Source: an uncultured virus (IMG/VR IMGVR_UViG_3300037247_000525) (taxonomy: Duplodnaviria > Heunggongvirae > Uroviricota > Caudoviricetes). Taken from it: DNA of 64,000 nt. Under the pieces are notes generated by a model. That model made no database searches, was not told the DNA's origin, and saw only the letters and a program-made list of their open reading frames with translations. The DNA lies in IMG/VR virus record IMGVR_UViG_3300037247_000525; one strand, 5' to 3'. Position 1 is the first letter of the stretch, and every line of letters starts with the position of its first letter. Positions 8,187 through 18,380 of the stretch are shown piece after piece. Both the position numbers and the translations under genes were made by a program.

Positions 8187-8987
8187 TTACACGTTGGTCG
8201 GATCCTTCTCCGATTTCTTTCGTCCGGTGATCGAATCCTCGGTGACAACGATCTCGACGCAGGTGGCCGAGCAGTAGAACTTGGTGCCCTCTTGGGTCTC
8301 GAAGCCCACGCGGTAGTCGCGCAGGTTGTCCACGACCTTCTCGGACTTGGTGGACAGGAAGCCGGCGTTCGGATTGGCGTAGTAGTCCGGACGGCTGTAG
8401 GCCGACTCGCGGAAGTAGAACACGCGACCCTGGGTACCGAAGGGCACCTTGCTGCGCTTGCTCTTCACGCGGACTTCCTTGCCCAGGCTCGGGACCTGGG
8501 CTTCCGCCTCCACCTCTTTCTCCTCGCGCCACTTACGGCCGGCCTCTTCGGCGCGCTTGCGGTTCTCTCGGTAGGCGGCCATGGTCTCGTCGTCGGCGTC
8601 GATGCTCGATCCATTGAAGTAGCTCCAGCCGCGGGTGCTGCCGGTCATCTCTTCGCCGAGCGTGTCCGTGTCCTTGTCGTACCACGTGGCGAAGAAGTCG
8701 CTGTCGTCGTGCATGTTCCGCTCGCGATCCGATACGATCATGCCAATGAAGCGGGTGACGGAGAAGCCCAAGGTGCACCCTGCGTCCTCGCACTCGGGCA
8801 GTAGCTCAGTCATGTCGGTGTCCGGCCAGCCGCGCTTGTGTCCGCACTTGCTAACGGGCTTTTCGCCGGACCAATCGCTGGCGTGGTTGACCGCGATCAC
8901 GCGCACGCTGTTGATCGTGTCCGGGTCCATGCGGTCCAGGTCCAGCTTACCGCGGGTGGGCGCGCTCAAGTAGGTGGTGATGCTCAT
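8187..8987 (-). CDS. hypothetical protein
   Basis: 266 aa ORF preceded by a promoter motif. Confidence 0.7.
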   Translation of the reverse strand: MSITTYLSAPTRGKLDLDRMDPDTINSVRVIAVNHASDWSGEKPVSKCGHKRGWPDTDMTELLPECEDAGCTLGFSVTRFIGMIVSDRERNMHDDSDFFATWYDKDTDTLGEEMTGSTRGWSYFNGSSIDADDETMAAYRENRKRAEEAGRKWREEKEVEAEAQVPSLGKEVRVKSKRSKVPFGTQGRVFYFRESAYSRPDYYANPNAGFLSTKSEKVVDNLRDYRVGFETQEGTKFYCSATCVEIVVTEDSITGRKKSEKDPTNV

Positions 8988-9110
8988 GGTGCGGAAGCAT
9001 ACTACACGTTTACACGAGCGGTCGGATTTAGCTTCGTCTCCGGGTCCAGAATGAGACCCAGGCCCACAGCATCAGCCACGTTAGGGCCATGCCGTGGGGG
9101 AAGCGAGGCG

Positions 9111-9707
9111 TCATACGTCGCCTTCAGAATCTACCGTCGCGCCCGGGATCTTCAGGCCGCTGTGGTGCAGGTCGGTCGCTTCGGATTCGGCGAAGCTCGC
9201 GAGGCCCAGCTGGCGGATCCGCACGCCGAAGTCGGTGCCCAGCTCCGCTTGGGCCAGTCGGGTCAGGTCGTCTTCTCCACGCTTCGCCGGCTTGAACGTC
9301 TGCACCTCATCGAACGTCTGCACCTTGACCCACTCGCGCAGCACGCGCGCGGCCTCGGCCTGCACGCCATGCTCGGGGTCTTCGTTCTCCACGATCCACG
9401 TCACCACGTTCGTGATGTGGTACGCCATGATCCCGCCGGCCCGCACGCGTTTGCCGTCGCTGGTCGTCAACAGCTGCTCACGCAGCTCGATCACCTTCCG
9501 CTTCACGTTGTCCGTGAAGATTTCCGTGAACCGCGGTACCCAGAAGTACCAGGACCGCAGCACCTTTCCGCGTTTGATCTCGCGCACCCGCGTGCCGCTG
9601 ATCTTCACGCCGCCCTCGTGCACCGGCAGCCGCGCGCCGTGCGGGAACCACGACAGCACCCACAACAGCAGCTCGGGGATCCAGGAGAAGAGGGGTTCGA
9701 AGCCCAT
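9111..9707 (-). CDS. SPFH/band 7 domain membrane protein
   Basis: N-terminal hydrophobic segment, EQLLTTSDGK, DFGVRIRQ pattern. Confidence 0.7.
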   Translation of the reverse strand: MGFEPLFSWIPELLLWVLSWFPHGARLPVHEGGVKISGTRVREIKRGKVLRSWYFWVPRFTEIFTDNVKRKVIELREQLLTTSDGKRVRAGGIMAYHITNVVTWIVENEDPEHGVQAEAARVLREWVKVQTFDEVQTFKPAKRGEDDLTRLAQAELGTDFGVRIRQLGLASFAESEATDLHHSGLKIPGATVDSEGDV

Positions 9708-9710
9708 GGC

Positions 9711-10001
9711 CTACTTGTCTTTGGGGTGCAGGCGTATGACTGCCCAGCGATGCTCTCGCAGCCATCCGCGCTCAGGATTCCAGTCGAGGGGCCAGCGTTC
9801 CGTGACGCCGGTCTCGCAATCGACGGACATGAAATCCATGTTGGTGATGTCCTTGCCCGTGTAGGCGTCCAGTATCCTACAATCATCTGCCCCGGGTTCA
9901 CCTGCCTTGAGCCTAGGCACGTCGCTCTTGAGCCGTGGCAGTTTTAGGCCGAAGATGGGGATGGCCGCCAGTGCGCCGGCCAGGAAGTTACGTCTGTTCA
10001 T
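9711..10001 (-). CDS. small protein with twin-arginine signal-like N-terminus
   Basis: MNRRNFLAGALAAIPIFG. Confidence 0.55.
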   Translation of the reverse strand: MNRRNFLAGALAAIPIFGLKLPRLKSDVPRLKAGEPGADDCRILDAYTGKDITNMDFMSVDCETGVTERWPLDWNPERGWLREHRWAVIRLHPKDK

Positions 10002-10528
10002 TTCGATAGTTCCTCGCGAGTTCCAGTCAAGAACTCGAACCGCTCCAGGAACTTGCGCTTGGCCACGTCCCAGGTCCACGGCCTGATCGGCAGCGCAGGG
10101 TAGGGCTCTACGTTCTTGACGGACACCCACAGCTTGAAGTTGAACGCCTGCGCCTCAGTGACTAGTAGCCGCATGTCGATTTCCTTCACGCGCGGATCGA
10201 ACTCGACCGGCAGCCCGAACTTCTTTCGGATGACGTCCTCTAGTTTGAACTCGATCATCTGGTATCCAGGCAGCAGCTTCTTCAGTGGTGACGGCATGTC
10301 ACCGACGTACGCTTCCTGCGCGTCGTGCATCAGGGCTTGCAGTTCCAAGCCCGGAGGTGCCACTAGGCTGGCGAGCACGGAGTGCTGCGCCACGCTGTAC
10401 GGGAACGGAGTGTGCCCGTTGTAGCGGTTCGTCAGTGCCAGCGCGTGGGCAATGTCTTCGATGCAGATCGTATCAGGGTCAGGATTGCGGAAATCCAGGA
10501 AGCTACCGCTGCGGGTCTGTAGGAACAT
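9998..10528 (-). CDS. HD-domain phosphohydrolase (YfdR-like 5'-deoxynucleotidase)
   Basis: EDIAHAL...RYNGH...YSVAQHS...LMHDAQEAYVGD. Confidence 0.88.
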   Translation of the reverse strand: MFLQTRSGSFLDFRNPDPDTICIEDIAHALALTNRYNGHTPFPYSVAQHSVLASLVAPPGLELQALMHDAQEAYVGDMPSPLKKLLPGYQMIEFKLEDVIRKKFGLPVEFDPRVKEIDMRLLVTEAQAFNFKLWVSVKNVEPYPALPIRPWTWDVAKRKFLERFEFLTGTREELSK

Positions 10529-10529
10529 G

Positions 10530-11861
10530 TCAATCCTTGAGTCGCTGTTGGGCCAGCCATTGGCCAGTAGTCGGCGGGTCTTTCATGTCGTCCGGTCGGA
10601 AGTAGGTGATGCCTTCGATGGTGATCCGCTCGCGGCCGTCTTGGCCACGCAGTACGATCGCCGGATACTGGTGCACGGTGCCGTCGGGGAACAGCCGCGA
10701 GACGCCCAGGCCGCGCTGCCATCCGGTGCACGTCTGGCTCTTGATGTAGCTGCGGCCCAGCTCGTGGCGGGCGCCCATCGGCGTGGTCATCCACGACATT
10801 CCCTCGTCGCGCTCAGTCGTGCCGAACGCCATGTCGGCGCGGTGCGTGTGTCCGCTCTGCCCGGACCGTCCCGCCTTCAGCAGCTCGCCCATGGCCGGCG
10901 CCTTGCCGAGCACGGAACCGTGGACGATGCGGTAGAAGTCGAACAGCAGCAGGCCGGGCTTCTGGTCCTCTTGTCCCTCGGGCGCCAGGATCGTGCCGCC
11001 GTGGGCCAACTGCACGTTGTAGTCGCCCAGGCCCAGCAGCTCGTCCACGCGCAGGCAGCGCAGGTTCGCAAGCTCAGGTGCCACTTGGGTCAGGTAGTGC
11101 GTCAAACGGTCGCCGGTGTCGTGATTGCCGCCGGTGTCGATCAGGTCACCCTTGAACGGCACGTCTTCGCGTACCTGCCGGAACATCTCGCGCTTCATGT
11201 CCAACTCGCTTTGCAGCGGCTCGGACCAGCCCGGGATCTTCGGGTGCCGGCTGATCTCCACGGCCTCCAATATGTCGCCGTTCAATAGCGCGCAGTCGGG
11301 GCGTAGGTCGCGCAGCGCCGACAGGTAGGCGAACCAAACGAATGGGTCCAGGAAGTGGCTGTGCGTATCGCTGATCGACAGCATCAGGTAGCTGCCGTCG
11401 TCGTTGAACTCCAGGCTGTCCGGCTTGATCACGTACGGAGCTACGTAGCGTTCCAAGTAGCGCTTTGTGTGTTCCGACCGAGATGTCTTCGCCCGGTTCG
11501 CCCGCCAAAGTCGGGTTCCAGGTTGGTCACGTAGGCCGGCGACTTGCAGCGCGTGCTCGAACTGGCCGAACTCGGCGTCGATCCATTCAATCGGGTAGTC
11601 CCCGTATAGCTCTTGCCGCTTACGACTGGTGGAGCGGAACTTCCACTGGGGGTTCGTGAGCTTGTCCTCGGACACGCGCACGATGTCCGCGAGCATGTCC
11701 TCCATGGTGGGGCGGCTCTTCAGCTTTCGGCGCCGGTTCTGCTCCTTCAGCGCCGCCTCGCGGGCCTTGCGCTGGTGATACTTCAGCGTCTCGGCCTTGT
11801 TCTTCTTCGTCGAGTCGGGGGCAGACAGCAGCTCGTCTACCTTCTTGTTCTTCTTGCTCAC
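10530..11861 (-). CDS. calcineurin-like metallophosphoesterase
   Basis: SDTH, NGD, GNHD, VHG, GHTH motifs. Confidence 0.82.
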   Translation of the reverse strand: MSKKNKKVDELLSAPDSTKKNKAETLKYHQRKAREAALKEQNRRRKLKSRPTMEDMLADIVRVSEDKLTNPQWKFRSTSRKRQELYGDYPIEWIDAEFGQFEHALQVAGLRDQPGTRLWRANRAKTSRSEHTKRYLERYVAPYVIKPDSLEFNDDGSYLMLSISDTHSHFLDPFVWFAYLSALRDLRPDCALLNGDILEAVEISRHPKIPGWSEPLQSELDMKREMFRQVREDVPFKGDLIDTGGNHDTGDRLTHYLTQVAPELANLRCLRVDELLGLGDYNVQLAHGGTILAPEGQEDQKPGLLLFDFYRIVHGSVLGKAPAMGELLKAGRSGQSGHTHRADMAFGTTERDEGMSWMTTPMGARHELGRSYIKSQTCTGWQRGLGVSRLFPDGTVHQYPAIVLRGQDGRERITIEGITYFRPDDMKDPPTTGQWLAQQRLKD

Positions 11862-12142
11862 AGTGATTTCCCGGTTGCTGGATCCAGCTTCATTACCTCA
11901 CGCACGTACCTGCGCACCGTTCCAAACCACATCGGCCCATCGAACTGTTCGCGCAGCTTGTGGATGTAGAACCACCGAAGCGTGATGTGCTTTGCCGACG
12001 GATGGCCGACGGCCTTCAACTCCAGGAAGTACTTGATCGCCGCTGCCAACTCTGGCATGTCGATGACCATGTTGCGTCGCGTCGGCGGGGACGTGTGCTC
12101 CAGAAGCTCATCGACGACGGATTCAGGGTGGGATTTCTTCAT
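11858..12142 (-). CDS. hypothetical protein
   Basis: ORF MKKSHPESV... Confidence 0.55.
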   Translation of the reverse strand: MKKSHPESVVDELLEHTSPPTRRNMVIDMPELAAAIKYFLELKAVGHPSAKHITLRWFYIHKLREQFDGPMWFGTVRRYVREVMKLDPATGKSL

Positions 12143-12144
12143 GT

Positions 12145-12726
12145 CTACTTGGTGTGTAGGAGGATCCAGTCCAGTGCATCGAAGTCTATTGGAGTATACC
12201 CCGCCATGTGGACGACGGCGTAGGCATCTTTGCCGGATGCAGTAAGCCTGTACGCCACGGTCTTCACGATGCCGATCAATTCGCCGCGGTCGTTTACGAT
12301 GGCCCCTCCACTGCACCCGTTGATGACGGGCGTGCTCGCGGTACCAAGGAGGTGCCCCTGGTATCCTTCAGTCCTCAAGAGCTTCTCCCCTTGGTGCCAA
12401 CCATAAGCGTACAGGCGGTCGTACACGCTCGGCCGGCGCTGGGCCAACCGCAGCCCGTACGCCCTTACCCCCGGGCACGGGACCAGGGCCAAGTCCATGG
12501 TGGGGTGCTTGATTGCTTCGCCGCACGGCATGTCATTCGCGGTCTTGATCGGCAGCACGTGCCCCGCGGTTAGGATCCAGCCGTCCGCAATGACCACGCC
12601 CGACCCTCGCACCTTTGACGTGCCGTTCCTGAATGCCACGACGTTCGGGTGCATCGAAAACATGCCGTGGTAAGACACCGAGGCCAGGGCTAGGATGGTG
12701 GTGACTAGTACGAGTGTTCGATTCAT
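12145..12726 (-). CDS. trypsin-like serine protease with signal peptide/membrane anchor
   Basis: GSGV, LTAGHV, DLAL, GCSGG catalytic triad motifs. Confidence 0.85.
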   Translation of the reverse strand: MNRTLVLVTTILALASVSYHGMFSMHPNVVAFRNGTSKVRGSGVVIADGWILTAGHVLPIKTANDMPCGEAIKHPTMDLALVPCPGVRAYGLRLAQRRPSVYDRLYAYGWHQGEKLLRTEGYQGHLLGTASTPVINGCSGGAIVNDRGELIGIVKTVAYRLTASGKDAYAVVHMAGYTPIDFDALDWILLHTK

Positions 12727-15155
12727 CAGAATGCGTCTCCGCCGTCTTCGGGTGGCTCGGTTGATCCCTCGTCCTGGTTGTCGTCGCCGACCGCCGGCCA
12801 CGTCCTCGACCCGGACTTCGTTACCGCCTCCCATAGCTTACGGCATTCGTCCAGCGCAGGGAAGACCCAGATTTTTGGTCGATTGGATGTCGCCCTCTTC
12901 TGTCCGCGTGCGTCGGTCCAGGTTTCGGGATTATTCCCGGTGGTGCTCAGTACGTCGAACCGCGACAGGAAGATGCCCAGGGACCTGTTCGGATTTCTTC
13001 GGAAGGAAGGATTCTCAACCTTGAACCGCTCCACCAGTTCTTCCTTCAGGACGCGGGTACGCCAGCCAGAATGCGTGGGGGACAGCCGACCCTCTTCGAG
13101 GGCGTGCAACAGGAAGGACGACATTTCATCCATGCTCTGGTCCTGCTGCTTCCGCAGCTCCGTCGTCTTCGGGCAGGCGCTGTATGCGTCGAACCCGGCT
13201 AGGTCGTAGGTCAACAGGAAGTGCATCAGGGCCTCGTACCCACCGTTCTCCATCTGGGCATACAGCGGCGCGAAGTACTCGCGGCTCGTCTGGTACTTGT
13301 CGTCGATCTCGACCACGAAGAAGCGGCGGTCGTCTTGGTCGGCTGCGACGGCCCACTCCTTGTTCGTCGCCATGATCAGGTGTACGCAGTTGCGCGACTC
13401 CATGTTGTCGATGTTCTTCTGCTCGGTGCGGATGTTCTCCTCGGTGATCAGCGACTTCAGCGCGGACTCGGACGCGGGGTCGTTCGCGACGAAGCACTCG
13501 TCGGCGAACACCAGGACGGCGTCCTTCAGCATCGAGTTGAATTGGCCAGTGACGTGCTTCGAGTTGTTCACGTACTTGTAATGCCCACCGAACAACTTGC
13601 CAAGCATCTTGGCGAACGTGCCCTTGCCGGTGCCCTGCCCACCGCGCAGCACGATGGCCACCTGCCCAGGCTTGTCGGGGTTCTGCACGGCGTTGGCCAT
13701 CCACTTCACCATCCACGCATAGTGCTCTTCGTTGCCGCGGCACAGCACGTTCTTCACGTGGTCCAGGAACAGCGAGCAGTCGCCGGGCAGCGCGTTCACC
13801 GCGAAGCCGCGCCACAGGTTCATGCTGTCGGGGAAGTCGCGGTTCGGGTAGAACACTACGTCGCGGTACGTGCGGCGGTTCGCGTGCTGCAACCACCACT
13901 TGCCGACGGGGACGGCCTTGGGTAGCGGGTTGCCCTTCTGGTCCTTCCCCATCATCAGGACGGTCTGATTGCTCCACATCGTGGTGAAGCCGTCCTTCTG
14001 GTGGAACTCGATCTTGTACCGACCCTCCGCCTCGCTGAAGCGCTCGCACGCGATGCGCATCTTTCCGCCCAACGATTCGATCAGGGCGTACTCTTGGTTC
14101 AGCTGCTCCAGCCACGGCTCGACCGCGAACTCGCGAGCCCGCTGGATCGTGCGCAGTGCGCAGCGGTGTTGGTTCGCGGCGTTGCCTTGGGTGAGCACGT
14201 GTTCGCTGATGCCCAGGTCGGGATCCGTAATAATCGAGTAGATCGTGTCGTCGTCGAAGTCGTGGCGGACCAGCTCGCAGGCCACGTGCCAGAGCCAATC
14301 GCTGCGGCTGTTGCCGTTGGTCAGCGGCTGGTCGGGATCCTTGCCTTGGATGATCGCGACGCGGGCCCGGCTGGACACGTCCTTGAACATGCCCTGCTCG
14401 TCGCCGAAGACTTCCGCCGCGATGCGCTGGCAGTTGCCCGAGACGTTCACCTGTATCTGGTTCTTGCTGCCGACCCGCGTGCTGGTCGCTAGGTCGGGCG
14501 CCTTCATGAAGTGTTCGGGGTTGGCCGGGTCGTACGCCAGGGTCCAGTCCTGCCGTATGACCAGGGCCATCACCGGGGTCTGTCCGTTGTCGCGCTTCGC
14601 CTTGTTGGGCCAGTTGATCGTGCCCGGTAGGCGCATGATGCGGTCGGCGTTGTGGCAGTTGTCCGCGGCCAGCAGCTTGGCGATCTGGACGTTGTACCGC
14701 TCGGCCTCTTCGATCTTCGCAACCTCACCACTCAGCTCGATCGACTCGGCCAGCTTCCAGAACGCTTGATACCCGCCGCCGCTGAAGGTGATCACCGTCG
14801 GCTTCGGCAGCAGGGCGGTCGTCTGAAGGTCGGCCAGGATGCGCTTCTGCTCTTCCCGTAGGTCGCGCCCCTTGACGGGGTCCATGTCCACGTGGAAGTA
14901 GTCCATCCGCAGCACGTCGGTCTTGGCCGCCTTGCCGTGCTCGGGCTGGCGCACGCTATTCACGTGGAAGTAGATGTTGCGCTCGTCGTCCTGCTGCGCG
15001 ACCAGCCACGCGGCCATCTCGTCCAGCATGTCCGACGTGAACGTGCCGAAGACGCCCTTCTTGTTTTCGTGGAACGCGCACAGCGGCCACGGGCCCCCGG
15101 CCTTCCACGTCTCCAGGAACTCGGCGGCCAGCTCGGTGTCGGGTGCGGTCATCAT
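12726..15155 (-). CDS. DNA primase-helicase (RepB-like primase + D5/SF3-type NTPase)
   Basis: HVDMD, SGGGYQAFW, RIMRLPGTIN; Walker A GGQGTGKG, FADE. Confidence 0.88.
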   Translation of the reverse strand: MMTAPDTELAAEFLETWKAGGPWPLCAFHENKKGVFGTFTSDMLDEMAAWLVAQQDDERNIYFHVNSVRQPEHGKAAKTDVLRMDYFHVDMDPVKGRDLREEQKRILADLQTTALLPKPTVITFSGGGYQAFWKLAESIELSGEVAKIEEAERYNVQIAKLLAADNCHNADRIMRLPGTINWPNKAKRDNGQTPVMALVIRQDWTLAYDPANPEHFMKAPDLATSTRVGSKNQIQVNVSGNCQRIAAEVFGDEQGMFKDVSSRARVAIIQGKDPDQPLTNGNSRSDWLWHVACELVRHDFDDDTIYSIITDPDLGISEHVLTQGNAANQHRCALRTIQRAREFAVEPWLEQLNQEYALIESLGGKMRIACERFSEAEGRYKIEFHQKDGFTTMWSNQTVLMMGKDQKGNPLPKAVPVGKWWLQHANRRTYRDVVFYPNRDFPDSMNLWRGFAVNALPGDCSLFLDHVKNVLCRGNEEHYAWMVKWMANAVQNPDKPGQVAIVLRGGQGTGKGTFAKMLGKLFGGHYKYVNNSKHVTGQFNSMLKDAVLVFADECFVANDPASESALKSLITEENIRTEQKNIDNMESRNCVHLIMATNKEWAVAADQDDRRFFVVEIDDKYQTSREYFAPLYAQMENGGYEALMHFLLTYDLAGFDAYSACPKTTELRKQQDQSMDEMSSFLLHALEEGRLSPTHSGWRTRVLKEELVERFKVENPSFRRNPNRSLGIFLSRFDVLSTTGNNPETWTDARGQKRATSNRPKIWVFPALDECRKLWEAVTKSGSRTWPAVGDDNQDEGSTEPPEDGGDAF

Positions 15156-15164
15156 GATAGGGTA

Positions 15165-15602
15165 TTACGCCGGGTCGTCGCTTTCCAGCAGTGGCAATAG
15201 TTCTTCGGTTTTTGGGGTTCGGTCCCAGACTTTCAGGGCGGCCTCATGTAGCTCTTGTCGAGTACCGCCTTCCTTGCCTCCCAGGTATGACGCGGCAACG
15301 ATGCCGTCGAACAGCAACCACTCGCCGGCGATGTTCAGCATGACGAACGCGCGGCCATTTACACGGTACCACTTCACCAGCCAGATCCGCTGCTGCCGCG
15401 ATAGGCCATGGTCGAGCCGCACCGGGGTGTCGGCCCGCGCTGGCCATTGCTCGGTTGCCTTGCACTCGATCCAGCCACCAACGAAGGCGATGTCCGGCGT
15501 GCCCGGATGGCACCCGCCGTTCTCCACGGCGAACGCGCCCAGGGGTTGCAGCAACTTCACCAGTTGCTTTCGCATGTCGCGTTCTAGCATTCTCGCCACC
15601 AT
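15165..15602 (-). CDS. PD-(D/E)xK nuclease (VRR-NUC/Holliday junction resolvase-like)
   Basis: GTPD...WIECK...QQRIWL. Confidence 0.75.
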   Translation of the reverse strand: MVARMLERDMRKQLVKLLQPLGAFAVENGGCHPGTPDIAFVGGWIECKATEQWPARADTPVRLDHGLSRQQRIWLVKWYRVNGRAFVMLNIAGEWLLFDGIVAASYLGGKEGGTRQELHEAALKVWDRTPKTEELLPLLESDDPA

Positions 15603-15883
15603 CGGATTCGAGAATACACATCACACTCGTCAAACGTCGGAAAGGGAAACGAGTGAACTACGTCGATGGAAAATCCTGATTCACCATTGGCTATCAACAC
15701 TTCATGGATCTTTTCAACGTTTGTCTCTCGTACGCTCACCCATGGCCTAGCATCGTGTCCCTCACACGACGCAAGTGGTCCAAGTCCAGCGTCGTATAGC
15801 ATGCAAACTCGTTCAATAATGCCGGGCTCCAAATCCTTCCACGGAACGTCAAGCGGGTATAGTGGGGTGGCTTTGATCAGCAT
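15584..15883 (-). CDS. hypothetical protein (lower GC)
   Basis: ORF with ASCEGH motif. Confidence 0.6.
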   Translation of the reverse strand: MLIKATPLYPLDVPWKDLEPGIIERVCMLYDAGLGPLASCEGHDARPWVSVRETNVEKIHEVLIANGESGFSIDVVHSFPFPTFDECDVYSRIRWWREC

Positions 15884-16182
15884 AGCAGATCCCTAAAGCC
15901 TTTGAAGTCCAGGTTCACGATCGTGTAATCAGGCGGCCAATCGTCCAGCGTTTTCCACGCACGGTATCGTTGGCGCATGCAGTTTCCGCACGGGCGGAAA
16001 CCTAGGTGTATTGCTTCATCTTCCGTCGTAAAGAACACGCGGTTCTCTCGCTTCATGCGCTTGCCACCCTTGCAGCCCAGGCGGCCGTAAATCTTGCCCG
16101 GCAGGTAGCCAGCAAACTGAATGATGCCGGCCTTGATCATGGAACGCAGGGCAGCGGGTTCGATGTCAGAATGGCGGATCAT
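15877..16182 (-). CDS. Ada metal-binding domain protein
   Basis: KIYGRLGC...NRVFF...EAIHLGFRPCGNC. Confidence 0.8.
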   Translation of the reverse strand: MIRHSDIEPAALRSMIKAGIIQFAGYLPGKIYGRLGCKGGKRMKRENRVFFTTEDEAIHLGFRPCGNCMRQRYRAWKTLDDWPPDYTIVNLDFKGFRDLLC

Positions 16183-16924
16183 TTCACTGCCTCGTGTCCA
16201 TGGGAACAGGGCACGACGAACCCACCACGCACCCCGGTGCCGAAGCATTCAGGACAGTCGAGAGACTCCATTACCCTGCGGATCGCCAAGCGTATCAGTT
16301 TCCGAACGATCACGCGGGCTATCACGTTGGTGAGGTCAGAAGAGGGGGTCATGGTCCAAGTCCTCTGGGGGTATGCAATTCTGGCACCCGTCCTTGTAGT
16401 TGGCGCAGCGGCGCTCGACTTCTTCACCGCACCCCTTACACCGCACCATCACCTGCTTTGCGTAACCGCAGAAGCAGTCGTAGGTGTTGTCCATGATCAG
16501 TAGGTAGTCCATGTCTTCGCACCAGTGCGAGCTGCGCCAGATCCAGTGCACCCACCGCGGGATGCGGCCGCTCTCGTCGATGCGATGGTACAGCCAGTTG
16601 AGTAGTCGGCGCTTCATGCCTTGCTGATCCTCTTGGCGATCATGTAGCCGCGCTGCTCCAGCAGGAAGTGGACGGCCACCAGGATGCACAGGCCGCCGGT
16701 CAGCAGCCGCATCCACAGCGGCCAGTCGGCCACGCCGAACTGCCCAGGGAAGATCGTGTTGATGCCGCCGATCACCAGGGCGCCCACCTGCACGCCGCGG
16801 ATGAACGTGGTCATGGGCGACAGCTGTAAGGCAATCCGCTCGCGCTCGGCGGCCCGGACTTGCTCTAGCACTCGGTGTTTTTCGGCGTGGTGTTGATACG
16901 CTTCCATGTCTTGGTCGGTGGGAT

Positions 16925-17428
16925 TCATCTTGGCCCCTGTGGCCCGCGGCCCTGGCCCTGATACTTGCCGGAGTAGGCCCGGTCTGGTATGCTTTCGAGC
17001 CGGTGGAAGACTACCTGGGCGATCGGCTCGCGGTCCACAATGGTCAGGGCCTCGCTGCCCAAGTTCACGATCCGCAGGGCCATGTAGCCCTTCCAGCCGG
17101 GCTCCAGCACGGCCTGGGCCGTGAAGAGGCCCTGACGGCTCCAGGTGCTCTTGTCTCGAACGTAGCCCACCACGCCGAGCGGCATGTTGAAGTGCTCCTG
17201 GAGGCCAACCAGGACGCTCTGGCCTGCCTCCAGCCAGATGCCGTCCCCGTCGGGGGTCATCACCGAGCGCGGATAGGGCTCTTGCTCGAAGGCCCCATTG
17301 GCAAACAGGTCCACCCGGACGTCGTAGCCGGCGGACGAGAGGCCGTAGGACTTGCCGCGGAAGGTACCGGGCTCTTCGCAGGGGGTCACGATGTTGTTCG
17401 CTCTGATGGTTCTGTCTGGCAAGATCAT
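16925..17428 (-). CDS. dcd: dCTP deaminase (trimeric dUTPase-like family)
   Basis: SYGLSSAGYDVR, DKSTWSRQG, EPGWKG, IAQVVF, YSGKYQGQ. Confidence 0.85.
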   Translation of the reverse strand: MILPDRTIRANNIVTPCEEPGTFRGKSYGLSSAGYDVRVDLFANGAFEQEPYPRSVMTPDGDGIWLEAGQSVLVGLQEHFNMPLGVVGYVRDKSTWSRQGLFTAQAVLEPGWKGYMALRIVNLGSEALTIVDREPIAQVVFHRLESIPDRAYSGKYQGQGRGPQGPR

Positions 17429-17726
17429 TTCAGCGGCCGCCTTTGGGGATCGGCGTCCCACAAGTAGAGGGCGTGTGCCTGATGGACGTAACACAGCATC
17501 TCGTCGCTCAACTTCGGACCAGCGACTTCCGTCAGTCCGCCGGGCTGCATCGTCAGTCGCGTGAACTTTTGCGTGAGATTGTTCATCACGTGCACGCTGT
17601 AGGAGCGCACCGAAATGCTGAAACTTCCACGGCCGCACACGTCTTCGGTAGTCGGCCCGTGGAGCATCACTTCCCACACCCGTAGCCGTAGGTCTTCGGT
17701 ACATTCGTATACGATCGAATTTTTCA

Positions 17727-18179
17727 TTAGTCTAGGTCCTCCAGGTAGGCCAGCCCGATGTCCGCTTCGGCTAGCGTGGACTCGGCCGCTTCCAGGTTGG
17801 CCTGCCATCGCTCGGGCGTCGGGATACCACAGCCTACCACACGAATGACGCCGGCGGCGATCAAATGCTTGGTGCAGTTGCGACACGGGGCCGACCTGAA
17901 CCCGTACATGTACAGCGTGCCGCCCTTCGCGTCGCGGCCAGCTTGTAGGATCGCGTTCATCTCAGCGTGCACGACCAGCTCGTACTTCTCGTCGCGATCG
18001 TGTAAACGCTTGTCGTCGGCGATGCCCGGCGGGAATCCGTTGAAGCCGGTGCCGACCACGCGCCGATCCTTGGCCAGCACCGCGCCGATCCTCGTACTGG
18101 GGTCCTTGCTCATGTGCGACGCCTCGCGGGCGAGGCGCATGAAGTGGACGTCCCACTTGTCAGTTCTGTTTGTTCTCAT
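17727..18179 (-). CDS. dCMP deaminase
   Basis: SKDPST, TGFNG, HAEMNA, PCRNC. Confidence 0.92.
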   Translation of the reverse strand: MRTNRTDKWDVHFMRLAREASHMSKDPSTRIGAVLAKDRRVVGTGFNGFPPGIADDKRLHDRDEKYELVVHAEMNAILQAGRDAKGGTLYMYGFRSAPCRNCTKHLIAAGVIRVVGCGIPTPERWQANLEAAESTLAEADIGLAYLEDLD

Positions 18180-18380
18180 GTTCGTGGCACAGCCGTGTAG
18201 TTAGTTTTTGGATGAGGGCCGAGAGTCGCGTGCATGCGTCAAAGCCGCGTCGATTCGTGAAGAATGCGTGCGCTTGCAGCGCCGCCGATAGTTCCGTCGC
18301 GTGCCGGATCTGCTGCAACACTGGCAGGAGCGCTTCCGGCTGCTTGTCGTTGAACTGGCTCAATAGTTCGTCTAGCTTCG

